A stretch of 63,469 nucleotides of DNA, the filler included, from Basidiobolus ranarum (Eukaryota): the NCBI GenBank assembly GCA_040143965.1. It is 6 parts of 6 records of this genome, joined end to end, with 100 filler letters (N's around TTAATTAATTAA, not from the genome) between each part and the next. Parts side by side here need not be neighbours in the genome. Positions count along the whole stretch, not along the records: positions 31,816 to 42,309 come from JASJQH010007576.1; positions 42,410 to 52,891 come from JASJQH010007577.1; 4 more parts are not named here. One strand, given 5' to 3'. The notes beneath the pieces are model-generated. The model was given only the letters and a program-made list of their open reading frames with translations, was not told the origin of the DNA and searched no databases. A program made the position numbers and the translations under genes. This document shows positions 37,340 to 50,479 of the stretch, one piece after another. The stretch's first letter is position 1, and each line of letters opens with the position of its first letter.

Positions 37340-39300
37340 TCAAAAGTTTCCAATAATTTTTAAAGCCCACAGTTTTTCCAATCTTTCTACCTAAGAAAGA
37401 TGATGTAAATAAAAGCAAAAGGTGATTAATACACATATATAATCCCTCTATACCTACCAAAGGTGGAAATTCAGGATCTTTTAGTATTGCAGCTATCATT
37501 TTGAGTAACTCTTCATCACTACAGTCTTGTAAATTTTCCTTCTCACTCGATAAATATTCGGAAGAGTCGGGTTGTCCATGAAGCCTTTGATTTCCTGATG
37601 ATGGGCCGAGAGTATCCAAAATTGTTGGAAGCTCTGGTGCTGCTAGGAGTTCTCGAAACGATGTAATATTACCACTGTTCATATCATGTGGTAAATTTGT
37701 TGGGGGAAATGTAGCTTCACGTGACTTTTGTAAACTTTGAGAAACCGATGCTTCTTTATGTTGTTCTATCTGATTATCATTTGAAGACTGTTGAGGTGTG
37801 GTCTTGAAGTCACACTGAGTACGAAACGGCTGGAGTTGAGAGTTTGAGTTGCTGGGTAAGCTAGAGTTTTGCACAAAGTTTGAGTGGGCTGTAGGTTGAG
37901 GGGTAGGTGTAGGTGTAGGGCGAAGTAAAGTTGGATTAAGCGTTCGAGGCTGGTCTTGGAAATAAGGAGTACTAGCCTCTACAGATATTAGTGAGATACG
38001 AATTAATTTCTGTAATTTTTACTAGAAGACACTAATTAGATATACAACCTTCTCTGATGGTTGAGGTAAAACTTCTACTTATTTTGTCTGGATCAGAAAC
38101 ATATTCGCGTGAGTTAAGTACGTCAAATGGTTGACTATAGTTCGCACCAGAAGTATTTGATGTAGCTATCAGTGCTGGGTTACTTGAAACTGATATAGGT
38201 GGATTGCTAACTAATGGAAAAGTGCACTTATTGAGCTCGGTATATTTCGAGGGGTGAGGACTAGGCGATGGCTCCATCTGACTTTGACATGTTTCTACAT
38301 TTATGTCACTCCTTGCATTCTTTAATACTGGGTATCGCTTAGTTGAAGATGGTATGGTTGAGTTTATGGTGGCTTCCGATGAAAAGTGCTCCCGATTTGT
38401 TACCATCATCGCATCACTTTTCGATGATGGGTAACTCTGATTTATACCAGCGTTTGTATCGGATGGCTGCATATTATTAAAGCTATTTTCGAGCGGACTG
38501 TTGAAATTTAAATTCTTATTTTGCTCTTCATTTAGTTTAGTGGGCCCATTTTGTTCTTGAGATGGTGTGATGTGACTTTGACTTTCCTTATTTTGTGTTA
38601 GAGGTACCCCTCCGCTTTGTGAGCTTCCAGTGCTATGCTCAAAGTCAATATTGGCATTCGACTCTATCCCCTCAACCTGCGAATACGATTGTGATTGACT
38701 TTGCGATTGTGGAACTGTGTCCTCAGAAAAAATAAATGATCCCAGAGAGTCTCTTGCAGATATTTTTCCAGATCCTGTTATCATTGGCCTATTAAATACT
38801 CTCTTGCAAGTTATATATCGAGTAAGCAAGTCCGCACAATTAAGACATATCTTCTCTTCCTTAAATTTGACCTGGAACTTGCGTTGTTCCACCAGCTAAA
38901 ATTGAGAAACATTAGTGACATAATATGTATAACAAATAGATTTAGCAACTTCGGATATGTTACATTAATCGACTTGGATTGATATCGAAAACCCAATGTT
39001 ACCCCTCTTGCAATTCCTTTTATGTGAGTTTCATGTATGGATGTAGTCTTTAGACAATGACTTTCCTTGAAAATACTATGCTTAATCATATGTAACTATA
39101 CTGATATCAAGGCCGTGACTTACCAAGATGACTGTTTCGTTCTTTGATCCTTGGTCACCTTCGATCAGAACTCTTAAACTTAAAGCGGAGGTGTCTACTG
39201 TTAGAAACATATTCATATGGGTTACATGATTCCAGTTTTGTGAGCCATCATAACAACGTGAGTATTTCTCCAGTTGCCATCTACAGTGATTTGAATCCAT
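37340..39300 (-). CDS. REC114: Meiotic double-strand-break factor REC114/Rec7 homologue, 5 exons
   Basis: Exons 39124-39300, 38964-39080, 38049-38895, 37458-37978, 37340-37390. PH-like N-terminus (WQLEKYSR, LGFRY, RKFQVKFKEEKICLNCADLL), disordered S/Q/P linker, C-terminal SDEELLKMIAAILKDPEFPPLVERLEKLW. Confidence 0.75.
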
Positions 39301-42300
39301 TTAATTTAAGCTGGGAAGTATGGGGAATATACGGTAACTTTTAGATTATAAGGTAATAAATAAAGAATGAGTGCATTTAATGAATGCTCTATCCGCATAG
39401 ACTAACATGAGTTAAGTTTGCTCCAAGCAATCGACGAATCAATGACCTACTTATCAATCTTACTAATGCCGCAATTTACAAAAAATGAATCTAATACTTG
39501 TCCCAAATTCAAACTCAACTATTGAAAGACTCAAAGTTTATCAGTAATGATCGAAGGTAATGATGTCATTTAATTACGATTTCCACATACAGTCTAGTGG
39601 TAGATGTTTTCAATACTCGACACTGATAGTCTCTGTATATTACAAACAGGCTTGAATCTAAATCTCTTGCATTAGTCTAATTGTGAATAGTAACTCTGGT
39701 CTTAGTAACAGGTATGGTCCTATCAATCAATGGCTATGTTGTGGGCACTTCTTTTTGGTAAGATTTGTGAAGAGATTTGAGATAGAATGCTGTACCGGTA
39801 TAACAGATATGGAGGGTTGAAATTATGAGCAATAACTTTTGGTTTTTGGTCAGGGTTTGCAAAAGAAAGGAGAGGCGCTAAGTCGAAATAATCACAATGC
39901 ACATTTACATGAATAATCTTGCCCCCATATTACTTTCTCTCCTCTCTTCACACACCATTTTTGGTGAGAAAGTTATTTAGCAACTTCAAAATCATTGCCA
40001 GAAACAGAGATTGGGAGAAAGGCCGACTCTGGCATATGCAGAGAATACATTCAATACACTTAAATCTACCTTAGTTTTGAATTTTAGGTAGGTGAACGTT
40101 GAAGAATTTACTCAACATTGACTTGAAGTTTGTACAGTAATATCTTTGAAAAAGAAGCAAGAACTTCGTTTTACGCACCTTATCATGGAGTGAAATGAAC
40201 TTTGTCTAGTGTAAAACTCATGGATACAAATGTAATGGATTTTCACCCTAATTTATTGGATTTTTGGAGACTCTAGTCATACTTAACACATGGTAATCTC
40301 ATCTCGCAGGTAAATGGTTATCTAATTGCTTATTTCTGAGCATTTCCTTGCTCGTCGGCTTTCCCTTTTATCATCCAAGGGGTATATGCGCTATAGAATC
40401 CTTAGTGATAATGGAGTTCAGCTACAGTAATTGCAATGCTGCATCAAACGAGATCAAAGTCAAAGAGTATACGGTCTGAATATCCGCGGGTTATGATGCT
40501 GAGCAAGTTTTAATTGAATGCATAGATAAGATTTGTAGATTCATTCATTTTTTGCTGTCCAAATCTTTATTTATTATATCCATTACCTGGTAACCAATCA
40601 GCACAGTTGCTTTGGCAATCAGAGATATTCCGCCCCTTTCATAGTGGGGTTATTAGTGCTAGCTTACTTTACATACAAGACTTATTCCATCAGAGGTTGG
40701 ATCATTATATTATAATAACATAGAGTGAAACTGATCAAGTCTGGGTGCCGGGCTGAGATATTTTTTAGAATACAATATTGGCTTATCAGCCTCGAGCACA
40801 AATAGAAGATCAATACTAGCCATACTGTATGTCACTTAAATGTTCGAAGAAAACAAGCCTTCATCAAGTTCCTTATGATATGGGAATATGGCTGCCCCAA
40901 GATTAGCTAATGAGTAAATACCACGCAGTAAAGTATTATCAAGGCCATTCGATCATGCGCCTTATCTCCAATATTTGGGGTTCATTTCGTTCTCTTTCAA
41001 TCATCCCTCAAATAGCGGACCTATGGGCTACATCCGTTCTCAGATAATTTGGATCGCAATCTTATCCATCTAAATGTTTTGCTGTAGAGTTAAATATCTT
41101 GATATATTGGATTCTTCGGACTATACCAGCATCTTGAAACCTTGACCATATCAGTTTTCAATAGGAAGAGCGGTGTTACATCGCTGCTGTCGAAGTCCTC
41201 TGGCGGCTCGTAACACCTATGGAACTCATCGGAGTCGAAGCAGGTTGTAATTATTAAACCTCTAATGAGCTGCAAGAAATCCGCACAACACATATGTGGG
41301 CTATAAACTTGAGCTTGTACACCATCGATGATTAACAACAAGTAGCTATCTTGGTACCGAAACTGCGGTACAGCATTTAAAATCACCAGAATCAATCAAG
41401 CAACTAGTCTACGGGGAGATTACTAATATTCTTAAACCCAGATTGCAATGTGCAGCAGGGACACCGAAGTCGTAGAAAGTTGTAAATAGCAATGGCAGCA
41501 TTGTTCTTTGGTCAATCGAAGCCAGAGCATTTTACGTCATATCGCTGTACCTGAAGACTGCTTTCATTGCCATCGAGATCACCCTTGCACATATCTGTTC
41601 GCAGTCTCAGTGAAAAGTTGACTTTTGCAGACAAGTTTGGAGTCAATGACAAAAACAGGCTTTTAGGGGAATCGTGACTCCGCTGGAAGGTATGCATATG
41701 CGTGAATTGGACGATGTAACGAAAATGGATGTGCTAGAAGGGACGAAAATCAATGTGACAATCTGGGATGCAATATAAGGTTTGATTTAAAAACGATCAA
41801 GCGCACTGTATTGGATGATGTTTAGTTGACTCTCATCAATCAAACGAAATGTACACCATCTTACAATCTTGTTTGGACACCCAATGCCGTTAGCCACAGC
41901 AAGAAACAGCCTACACTTCTTGATTTGGAAATGGCCAATGAAGGATCGTTTCACATCTCAGATGCAACAGATACTCTGTCGGTTAAGGTTGAACATATGT
42001 CTAGTTCAACATAGATTAGGGGGCACTATAAGAGCATAAAATCTTGGGTGACATCTTGTTGGCTCTTATTTTGGATGGACCTCACTCCGTTCTGTGTCGA
42101 CGGATTAGGAAAGCGGTGACGTATCGCCAATGTGAGATTCTACGAGGGGAACATTCGTCGTAAGATGTACTAAAATGGATACCATTCTTCGATTGGATGG
42201 ACTTCTCCCCGCTGAACATTCCTTCCAGGAGCCCTTTAGCCTGCGTCAACCTTATAATCAATAATGGAAGCCTCGACTTAATTAAGCAAAAGTTCCGACT

Positions 42301-42309
42301 GGTGGGGAT

Positions 42310-42409
42310 NNNNNNNNNNNNNNNNNNNNNNNNNNNNNNNNNNNNNNNNNNNNTTAATTAATTAANNNNNNNNNNNNNNNNNNNNNNNNNNNNNNNNNNN
42401 NNNNNNNNN
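42310..42409. other. Assembly gap/linker
   Basis: N-run with TTAATTAATTAA. Confidence 0.99.
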
Positions 42410-42620
42410 AGTTACTATTGAACTAGAAGACAGAGATCTGGTGAATTTAGCTACGGGAGGACTCAATGGCATCAAAGGTTACATCACTGGAAGACTCAAG
42501 AACCATGGTGATTTAATTCTCTCTCAACAGTTCGAGGAGATCTTCAAGAAAGCTGGTGGAGTTGAAAAAACTATGTCTTTACTAGCTAGATGGGAACAAA
42601 ACCGTAGAGCCAAATTGTAG
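42410..42620 (+). CDS. C-terminal SCP2 sterol/lipid-binding domain ending in peroxisomal PTS1 (AKL)
   Basis: VTIELEDRDLVNLATGGLNGIKGYITGRLKNHGDLILSQQFEEIF...RRAKL-stop. Not in the ORF track. Confidence 0.8.
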
Positions 42621-43121
42621 CTACCCATTCTTTCAAGAATCAATGAACCTTATCCCTGTATTGGATGTATTCACTTAACAAACCCTATAAATAACTGCTT
42701 GGTTTTGTTCTTCACAAGATGGCTTTAGAAAGCATCCGAAAAATTGATGATCTTCTGGCTAGAGCTACTTCAAATCATGCCAAAGCCTGTCCGATATTGA
42801 TTACAAACAAATATTCGATATCTAACTTGAAAAATACTCAAGCCTTACCTGAATGAACCACCCCAAATAGCAACAACGAGTTTAGATCTATGAAACTTTA
42901 TTTCTCTATCTCAATGAGTGTTCAACAGTCTTATTGTGGCATACGCAATGTACGTGTAGAAAGGATCATGTGCAACTCAAGAGGGAGTCTATCAAAATAA
43001 GACGTACAATGGAAAGATGGTGATGAGTGGATGCAATATATTAATACGGTTGTAATTTAAATGAAGGTTGCCATTTTCTGTAAAAGTGCTCTTGTAGCCA
43101 GAATGTATCCTCTAATTAGCC

Positions 43122-44123
43122 CTACAGTATTCGACTTTTGTTATCAGAGCTATTAACTAGTCGGCTGAAGATTCGATAACTGGCGAGGGCATCTTTGACA
43201 GCATATAAGATCTCTGAATTCAATAAAGTAGTGGCCCCCCATAGCTTTCGAGCATTTGTTCCTTTAAGCACACCCATTCCAATGCTACACTCGATGGATA
43301 ATCTCTTCAGACCGAGTCTCTGCCGTTCTAGACCTTCCACTCTAGCCAGTTCTTCAATATTTCTTATGCCATTACAGCGAACTCCATAAGACCTATGAAG
43401 GGATACCGAATCTCCAGTTGAGTTGACTCCAACTTTAAGGATTTTTTTGTTTTCAAGAAAATCTTTCAAGATTTTTGGAAATACATTTCCAGTTTTCTGC
43501 ATAATAGGTCGGACTTGTATGACGAGGGCAATCTGATCGTTAGCAAATTGGATAATGGCGACCTTGCCTCTAAGTGGATGCTCCGTATCGAAACCAACAA
43601 ATGGCTTTATTTGTCGATTTGTATTGAATGTCAACATTAATAACTTCATAGCCTCTTGAAGATGCTTTTCATTTTTCACTAGGTATACTGGAAGCTTTTT
43701 TAACTCTTTGTAATATGTGGGAGTCAATTCGTTTGAACCATCGCAGGTGTGTCTCTCCCGGCGTTGTGGTATAGGTTTGGGAGCATACGCGTTTAAAACT
43801 TTCCGTTGTGGCATCTTTCTGGAGAGAGCCTCCTTCGAAGGTAAGTCTATTTTTTTAGTGCTTGGGGATTTTTTACGTCTTAATAGGTTAGCCAGACCCC
43901 ATGAGGTAGCTACCTCCGAGGCTGCCACTTCTTTGAGTTTCTGTTTCTTATTCACTTCAAGACCCTTTTTAGCAGATCTTCCTCCTATTAGCCTTACTTG
44001 TGGACAAGATAAGGCATTGGTATGATTTGGATATACTCCTACTTGTCGTTTACTCCAATGAAATAAGAGAGTATTCACTTTCAACTGAAAACCTCTCACA
44101 AAAAAAGGGTCTCGTAAAAGCAT
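43122..44123 (-). CDS. DEDDy 3'-5' exonuclease (WRN-exo/EXD2-like) with a basic, possibly mitochondrial-targeting N-terminus
   Basis: ExoI VGFDTEH, VAIIQFA, ExoII KVGVNSTGD, LGLKRL, ExoIII YAVKDA. First ATG at 44123. Confidence 0.88.
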   Translation of the reverse strand: MLLRDPFFVRGFQLKVNTLLFHWSKRQVGVYPNHTNALSCPQVRLIGGRSAKKGLEVNKKQKLKEVAASEVATSWGLANLLRRKKSPSTKKIDLPSKEALSRKMPQRKVLNAYAPKPIPQRRERHTCDGSNELTPTYYKELKKLPVYLVKNEKHLQEAMKLLMLTFNTNRQIKPFVGFDTEHPLRGKVAIIQFANDQIALVIQVRPIMQKTGNVFPKILKDFLENKKILKVGVNSTGDSVSLHRSYGVRCNGIRNIEELARVEGLERQRLGLKRLSIECSIGMGVLKGTNARKLWGATTLLNSEILYAVKDALASYRIFSRLVNSSDNKSRIL

Positions 44124-45042
44124 GGTTGAAAAATTAGAAGATAGGAGAGGTGGATGAACAATAAGAAATGAAGCTTGTTGAAATTTTGAATGAATTAGAT
44201 TCAATAAAACAACTTTATCAACCGAGAAATTTTCCACTCTTGGAGTTGATTTTGATCATTCAAATTTATTGAATAGTAACAATGGGATTTTATAGTACAA
44301 TTGTGATTTGATGGGTAATTTGGAGGGAAATCTCATATTTAGATGTTGAAATATAAGCCACTAAATTTTCAAGTAAAATTCATCCAAGTAATCAGTTACA
44401 TTCAACCCAAGAATGGAGTGCTCAAATTTACCGAAATAAAGACATGCAAATGAAAATCAACGAAAAAATAAACCACAAATCATATTCCCGATCCAATACT
44501 CAATTTTGCAATGGAGCAGCGCGAGAATAATATGATTACGGGGAAAATTCCATTGAACCCCTAAAACACACGAAGTTTACTGTGGAATTTCATGTACAAG
44601 ACATTCAGTCATCTTCTCTGCTGAACATACGAGTAAACCAACCGAGCCTCTAAATATAAATCTACCTAGCTTGCGAGAAAGGGACAGAACGCTAAGAAAT
44701 CCTTTCATAAAATATAATTGAGAAAAGTGCACCAGTTGTTTACAAAATGGAGAGCATGTATTGACCAAGCTACACGTCCTGACCTTCAGTAATCTAGCTG
44801 GTCATCGGGCATGGGGTATGTGTCAATCGAAAGCCAGGTGGAAATATGAGAATACAAGAAAACTGTCCATACGGGCGGAGATTTGTCAAAGTAAAAGAAT
44901 AGAATGCAAGAAAAATTTCAATTGGACGGAGATAAAGAGTGAACTTGTTGTCTAGGGATGATTAAATAAAACATATCGGTTGACAATCTCTCAATATACC
45001 ATGAAACGGTAGATCGAGAGGCGCTGCTGAAGCACCCTGAAT

Positions 45043-46397
45043 TCAAAAGATATTACTGAGCGAGTTATTCACGAATTTGGCAATCATATCAGTGGCCATT
45101 TGGTGGAGCTTATCGCCAGAGAACTCCTTGATCAGTGGCCAACAATGAACCATATCAGACAGAATCACAAAGTCTACATATATCCCACAACGGGTCACCA
45201 TCCGATCGAATTCCAGAATGTCATCCATTATGAGCTCTTTACCGCCAGCAAAGATCAGCATCGGTGGAAGCCCTGCTAGGTCTGCAAATAAGGGTGACCC
45301 AGACACCAAGGGTTTCTTTCCCATGTACAGATTTGCCCAATTCGTTAGTGACTCGGTGGTGAGAATGTCAAAGTTCTGGTTTTGAAGACCTGATTCAGAT
45401 TCGGAATCAAGGTCCACCCACGGAGATATCAATATCATCCCGGCTGGCATTGGTAGCCCTGCTTCCCGAATACGAACTGCGCTAGAAATAGCAAGATTCC
45501 CACCAGCAGAGTCGCCAGCTATTACACATGGTTAAAAATGGAGAGTTCTTTTTTAGATGCTCGCTTAGCTAGACATACCGAGTATTATTTTGGAAGGGTT
45601 GATGTGTAACGTGTTGATTAGGTACTCATATGCCTCTTTCATTTGAAGAATAGGCTTTGGGAAAGTGCACTCTGGTGCTAAATCTGAAATTATTAAGCAA
45701 ACATAAATGATCGTTTTAGAGAGAGGGTAACATGTATTCTAGGCCAAGTCACTTACCATATTCAAGCGAAAATATACAACCGACCAATGCGTGGCGCTTT
45801 TCAACCTCGGCTATCCATTCAAGTTGGGTGGGCAAGTGCATAGTAGCGTTACCGACACAGAAGCCACCACCTGAAGGATTTCTGAAACCATCAGAGTGCC
45901 ATTCAAGGATATATACAGTAGACATTTAGAAAAAAATTAAACATACCGTGTGCATAGAGTATAACATAATCTAAGCTCTTCGGGGAAAAGTTGGCCAGTA
46001 ATTGAGAGCTTCCAATCCAATACGAAGGTATGTGAAAATCTTTCACAGGAACGGCGACTCCCTGAGAACCCGGACGAAGGAAAGTACGTAAACGCGTTCC
46101 AATTGTGAAAATCAGGCGTAAAATGGATAAAGATGTGATGCGAAGAGTATTCCGACATTGAGATGTTATAACGTATTGCAACATAGACCAAGAGCGTACT
46201 TTGTGAACATTGCGTGTGGGTTTGGATAAGGTATGAGGTATCGAGGTATATACGTAGTAGAGTACATAGAACATTAACAATCCAGCTGCATATAGATTCA
46301 AACTGTATTGATCTACTGAAAGGTACTCAAAGGCGAAACGAGAACCAACATAAAACATTATACCTATTGATAACATCCAAGAAAGTACCTCCCACAT
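45043..46397 (-). CDS. HSL-family alpha/beta hydrolase with N-terminal TM anchors
   Basis: HGGGF split by an intron, GDSAGGNL nucleophile elbow, ISPWVDL, GGKE, DMVHCWP. Confidence 0.9.
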
Positions 46398-47331
46398 AAC
46401 GAGTATCTCTTGTTAGATTCTAGAGTTGAAAGGTATCCTTTAGTAAGTTCACAAGTGGGAACTTTCTCCTCGCGCGCACTAAATATCAATTTTCCATGTA
46501 ATCAATTAATTTCAGTAAAAATAATCCAAATCTTTTAAATAGTTTGAATAAGGTAATCTGTATATTTGAATTAAAAATAGATTTTTCACTAGTGCTACCG
46601 AGTCAGGTTAGAATATATGGATGTAGGCTAGTTTAAGATACAAGAACGTGGATACTATCAACGGTTAAAAATCCACCGGTATTATTGGATAGTCATATGA
46701 CACTCGCGCGGGTACTCGACATAATATATATTCTGTACAATAGGTTTTCGATACAACACCCAAGCACTTCGATATTTCTACCAATCCTTTAATGAGACTT
46801 ACCGATTTCGTGAGATACTTGGCAATTTGAGTGAAGCCTACTTTGTTGCATTTTGTGCTAAAGTCAGTTCTACGCTTTTTGCTAAAGGGAAGAAGGAAGT
46901 CTAGAGTCGCCGTGCTGTCAGCCAATCTTCTTTGTATATGGGTTCCAGGGTGAATTTAGGCATATTTTCAACTGGTTGAACGCTTACTACTGTGGTATGA
47001 TTTCCTGGGCGTAAATATTGTTAGGATTGCTTTATTGTAAGCGGTACTTGATTATCTACGATTCCCAGATCTGCAATGATGAGGTGGCTCGCACTCTGTC
47101 TAGTGCCAGTAACTTTGGTCATAATTGAACACCTAATTGTGCACCCCCCAACATAGCGTTTCTATTTGTTGGCTCAGTATTCTTCAACTGGAAGCAGCTT
47201 GTAGGTGTGTCCAATCACAGTTCCATCGAGGGATATGTCAAATGTTTACTAGTAGTCACTAATGGTCTTTGCATTGGTCCAGTGAATATATTTTATATAT
47301 TGGGGCTGTTACACGTGTTGAAGTCAGCATA

Positions 47332-47601
47332 GCCTAAACATCTATATAGTCATATATAGCTGAGTATTTAGTTATCTTATATTTCACCAAGATACTGTAT
47401 TTCACCAAGAAATCACTCACTATTCTCAAGAGGAATTTACAGAGAAGTTCTCAGATATATAGATTTTTCAAACTGGTGCTGGAAGCCCCAAACTTTGCAT
47501 ACATGTTCCTGGGACCTTCCTTAACACACTCTACACGTTTTTTTGCTTACATCTTGACAAAAATATACATGTCAACTTTCTACTCAATAAATCAATAAGT
47601 G
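47332..47601 (-). repeat. Dispersed ~270-bp repeat, copy 1 (candidate solo LTR or retroelement leader)
   Basis: Colinear with 54076-54327 (shared CATGTTCCTGGGACCTTCCTTAACAC, GAAGCCCCAAACTTTG, AGAAGTTCTCAGATATATAGATTTT). Carries a short internal duplication TATTTCACCAAGA. Confidence 0.85.
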
Positions 47602-48566
47602 AAAACCATCCAGCCATATCTATTGAAATTCATCACTAGTATTGCCCTATTGCAAAGTAAGTATCTAATATATACTAGGGTTGATTATCACCTCAGCCCA
47701 TGTTGCACAATACCTTCTGAAATTACTGGAGATTTATATATACTGATACTAGCCCTGGCCCTAAATATTGTGGGTGATGTATTTAAAGTAAGAATAGAAA
47801 GGTTAAAATATTCCCATTATCCACTCGTAAATGCCATTCTCTTTGAATGTAGTGTTCATAGTATTACTGGCAGCAACAGATAGCTTCAAAATAAATCTAC
47901 TGCAGTTTCTGAGCCTATACTGAGAGTACCTGGCATCTCGGCATTCGCCCATATGAGCCGGTGGCGAATACAAAGTATTGCATCCAAACGATCCTGCTTT
48001 TCGAACTAGGCAGTCACACGGATTGATTTTATAGTATCTGTCAAGTACTATTCTGTGAGTTGAACCGAGCTGAAAGCACTACTTGAAATGAAGTGCACCT
48101 CTGTCTGCAATGGAATAGAGTGGGGATGGTGATAAAACCAAAAGTAATGATCTGTGTGGCGAGGCACATCAAAAGGAGAGTGAATGATAGCCATGAAATC
48201 CATTCTATAAAGATTACTATTCCTGCTCAATATTTGTCACTATCAAAGCGTACATCAGAGTCTGACAATGCGTCACTTACGAAATTGAAAAAAGAAAAGG
48301 TACAGGTTTTATTTTACTGATAGAGAATGAGGGGATTTTCCAAAATACGATGATTTGAGGTTGGAAATAAATAGGGACCTGATCTCTAAGGGGTGATCGA
48401 ATATAATATGATATACAGGCGGGTAAAGAAGCTATCTGTTACATTCCAGAAGAAAGGATAAAGGAACAGAGGCTGTTTTTCTTGGCGATCACTTCTCCAA
48501 AAAAAAGTTACCGTCGTAGTGGGTGAAGTGGAATCATCGTGTGAACTACACAATAACGAATGCAGA

Positions 48567-50479
48567 TCAATACGGTGTGATTACTTGTGTATGAGCTAAA
48601 GTTAGTCTGTCGAGTTCCGACTGTCCGGTACCAAAGTGAACGTAGCATGTCGGCTCCCAATAGTCTACGTATACACCGTCAATAGATTCTACGGAGTTCA
48701 GGAAGCATAGGAATCCAACAATAATCCCGTACATAATCACTTCTGATACAGAATAAATCAAAGCTGGGATCATGAATGTATATACATTCTTCAAATCTAA
48801 TAAGATAGTCGAGAGTCGTTGGCTCAAAAAACTGAGTAATATCAATATTATAGCCAGAGTGATCTAACAAGTTACGTCAATATTACGCCAGGCTACTATA
48901 CAAGATTGAGGAACTTACCAGACGCATCCATTTACGAGCTCCGATGGATAAATCTGGACGGTCTAAATACCTTATGAACCTGACAGCTATTTACGTAAAG
49001 ACAGCTTAAATCCTGGTTTTTGGTTTGATGAGTTCGTTGAAAACTTACCCGATACGCAAGTCAGTAAAGTCCACACACATAGAAAACTTAGATTGACATA
49101 AAGGACAATCAGGGCAATACGGTCCAGTGACTTTTCTAACACATGGTGACTGACAATACAAAGCACCATTGAAATCAAGTAGCTTCCACAAGAAACCCAA
49201 CTGGCAGTTAAGAATATACGAAATGTACTCTCGGTACGCACAAGCATCATGACTCGACACCTGGTATTGTCAAAGATTATCAGTCAACAATGCAACGTAA
49301 TTTGTTGCGCCTGAAAGTTACTTGCCAAGTGATTACTAATAGATAACAACTGACTATTCCAAGTAGATAAGCAATTACTACGTAGGTTTTGAAGGAAGGC
49401 ATGTGTACTAATCTGAAATCGAATATCGCCTGGACTGGGTCTACAAAGACCAGCTCATGTAATGCATCGATCGGAAAAAATGCTGTCACTAAATACGAAA
49501 TCAAGCGTCACTGGAAGTAGACTACATAGAGAGAATGCCCAAGCCACACATACCTATCAGATAGATGATCATTGTGACTGCAATTGCGGACCGTATATTC
49601 TTCTCAAAAAATCCTCGGAAAATTGCTTTCAACACGTAGCAAATAAGGATCAAGGCGCCTAGCATTTTCTACATAAGACATATTAAGAGTACTGCAAAGC
49701 TTGGTTAACTGTTAATGCAACATACCAATGAAAAAAATATCCAATACTGAACCCTGTATAGTCGAGAGCTCAACAAGATATTCCAGGGGTTTGACTCTAA
49801 AGTCGAAGTAAGCAACACCGATCTATGGATACGTTGTACAGTTCCAATTCAAATATAATACCTTGTGATACTTCTAAAGTCACGAAACCTTCGGTTGTGT
49901 TGTTTCTGGAAAAGCTAGCATTTTGAGGCAATACCACTTGTCCAAGTACCTGTGAGTCGTTGGGAAATAATATCCTTGATTTCCTTACGCACACTCCCGA
50001 GCTGGCTAAGGATGGATACAGAAGTATCGCTAGACTAGGAAGCCCCATTGCGCTTAAATTCGCAAGCAACTGAGTGTGTATGATATTTGAAAGCTATATT
50101 TAGGGGAATTACTAACGGTTAGCATTAGGAGTGGATATTGAAGGCCAGTCTATTTGTTAACCTGTTCCCCCAGACAGTCCATATTATTTGGCAAAAGTAG
50201 CATAGTTGTTAAGTTCTTATCAAGTGGGATTTTTGGAGGAATATCTACAAAGGAATATCTTTTTTCTTTACAGTCTACCGTAGTAGTTACTAAAACCCCA
50301 GTGTAATTAAAAGAGGCTTGATGTAAGCCGAAGGGGTCGCAAGAAGGAACACTTTGAGAATAAAAAGTCACACTGTTTGTTGTATCAACAGAAATCACTG
50401 TGGTAGCTGTAGGCCGAGGAAACAGGAATATCATGCATACAAAGGATATTGGTAGCATTAGACATTTTGTCATTGTCAT
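48567..50479 (-). CDS. Multi-exon membrane protein: signal peptide, Cys-containing ectodomain, multi-pass TM region; 3' end uncertain
   Basis: Signal-like MTMTKCLMLPISFVCMIFLFP. Spliced exons give ESNPWN followed by successive hydrophobic helices (ORFs 49280..49504, 48987..49250, 48567..48845). Confidence 0.65.
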
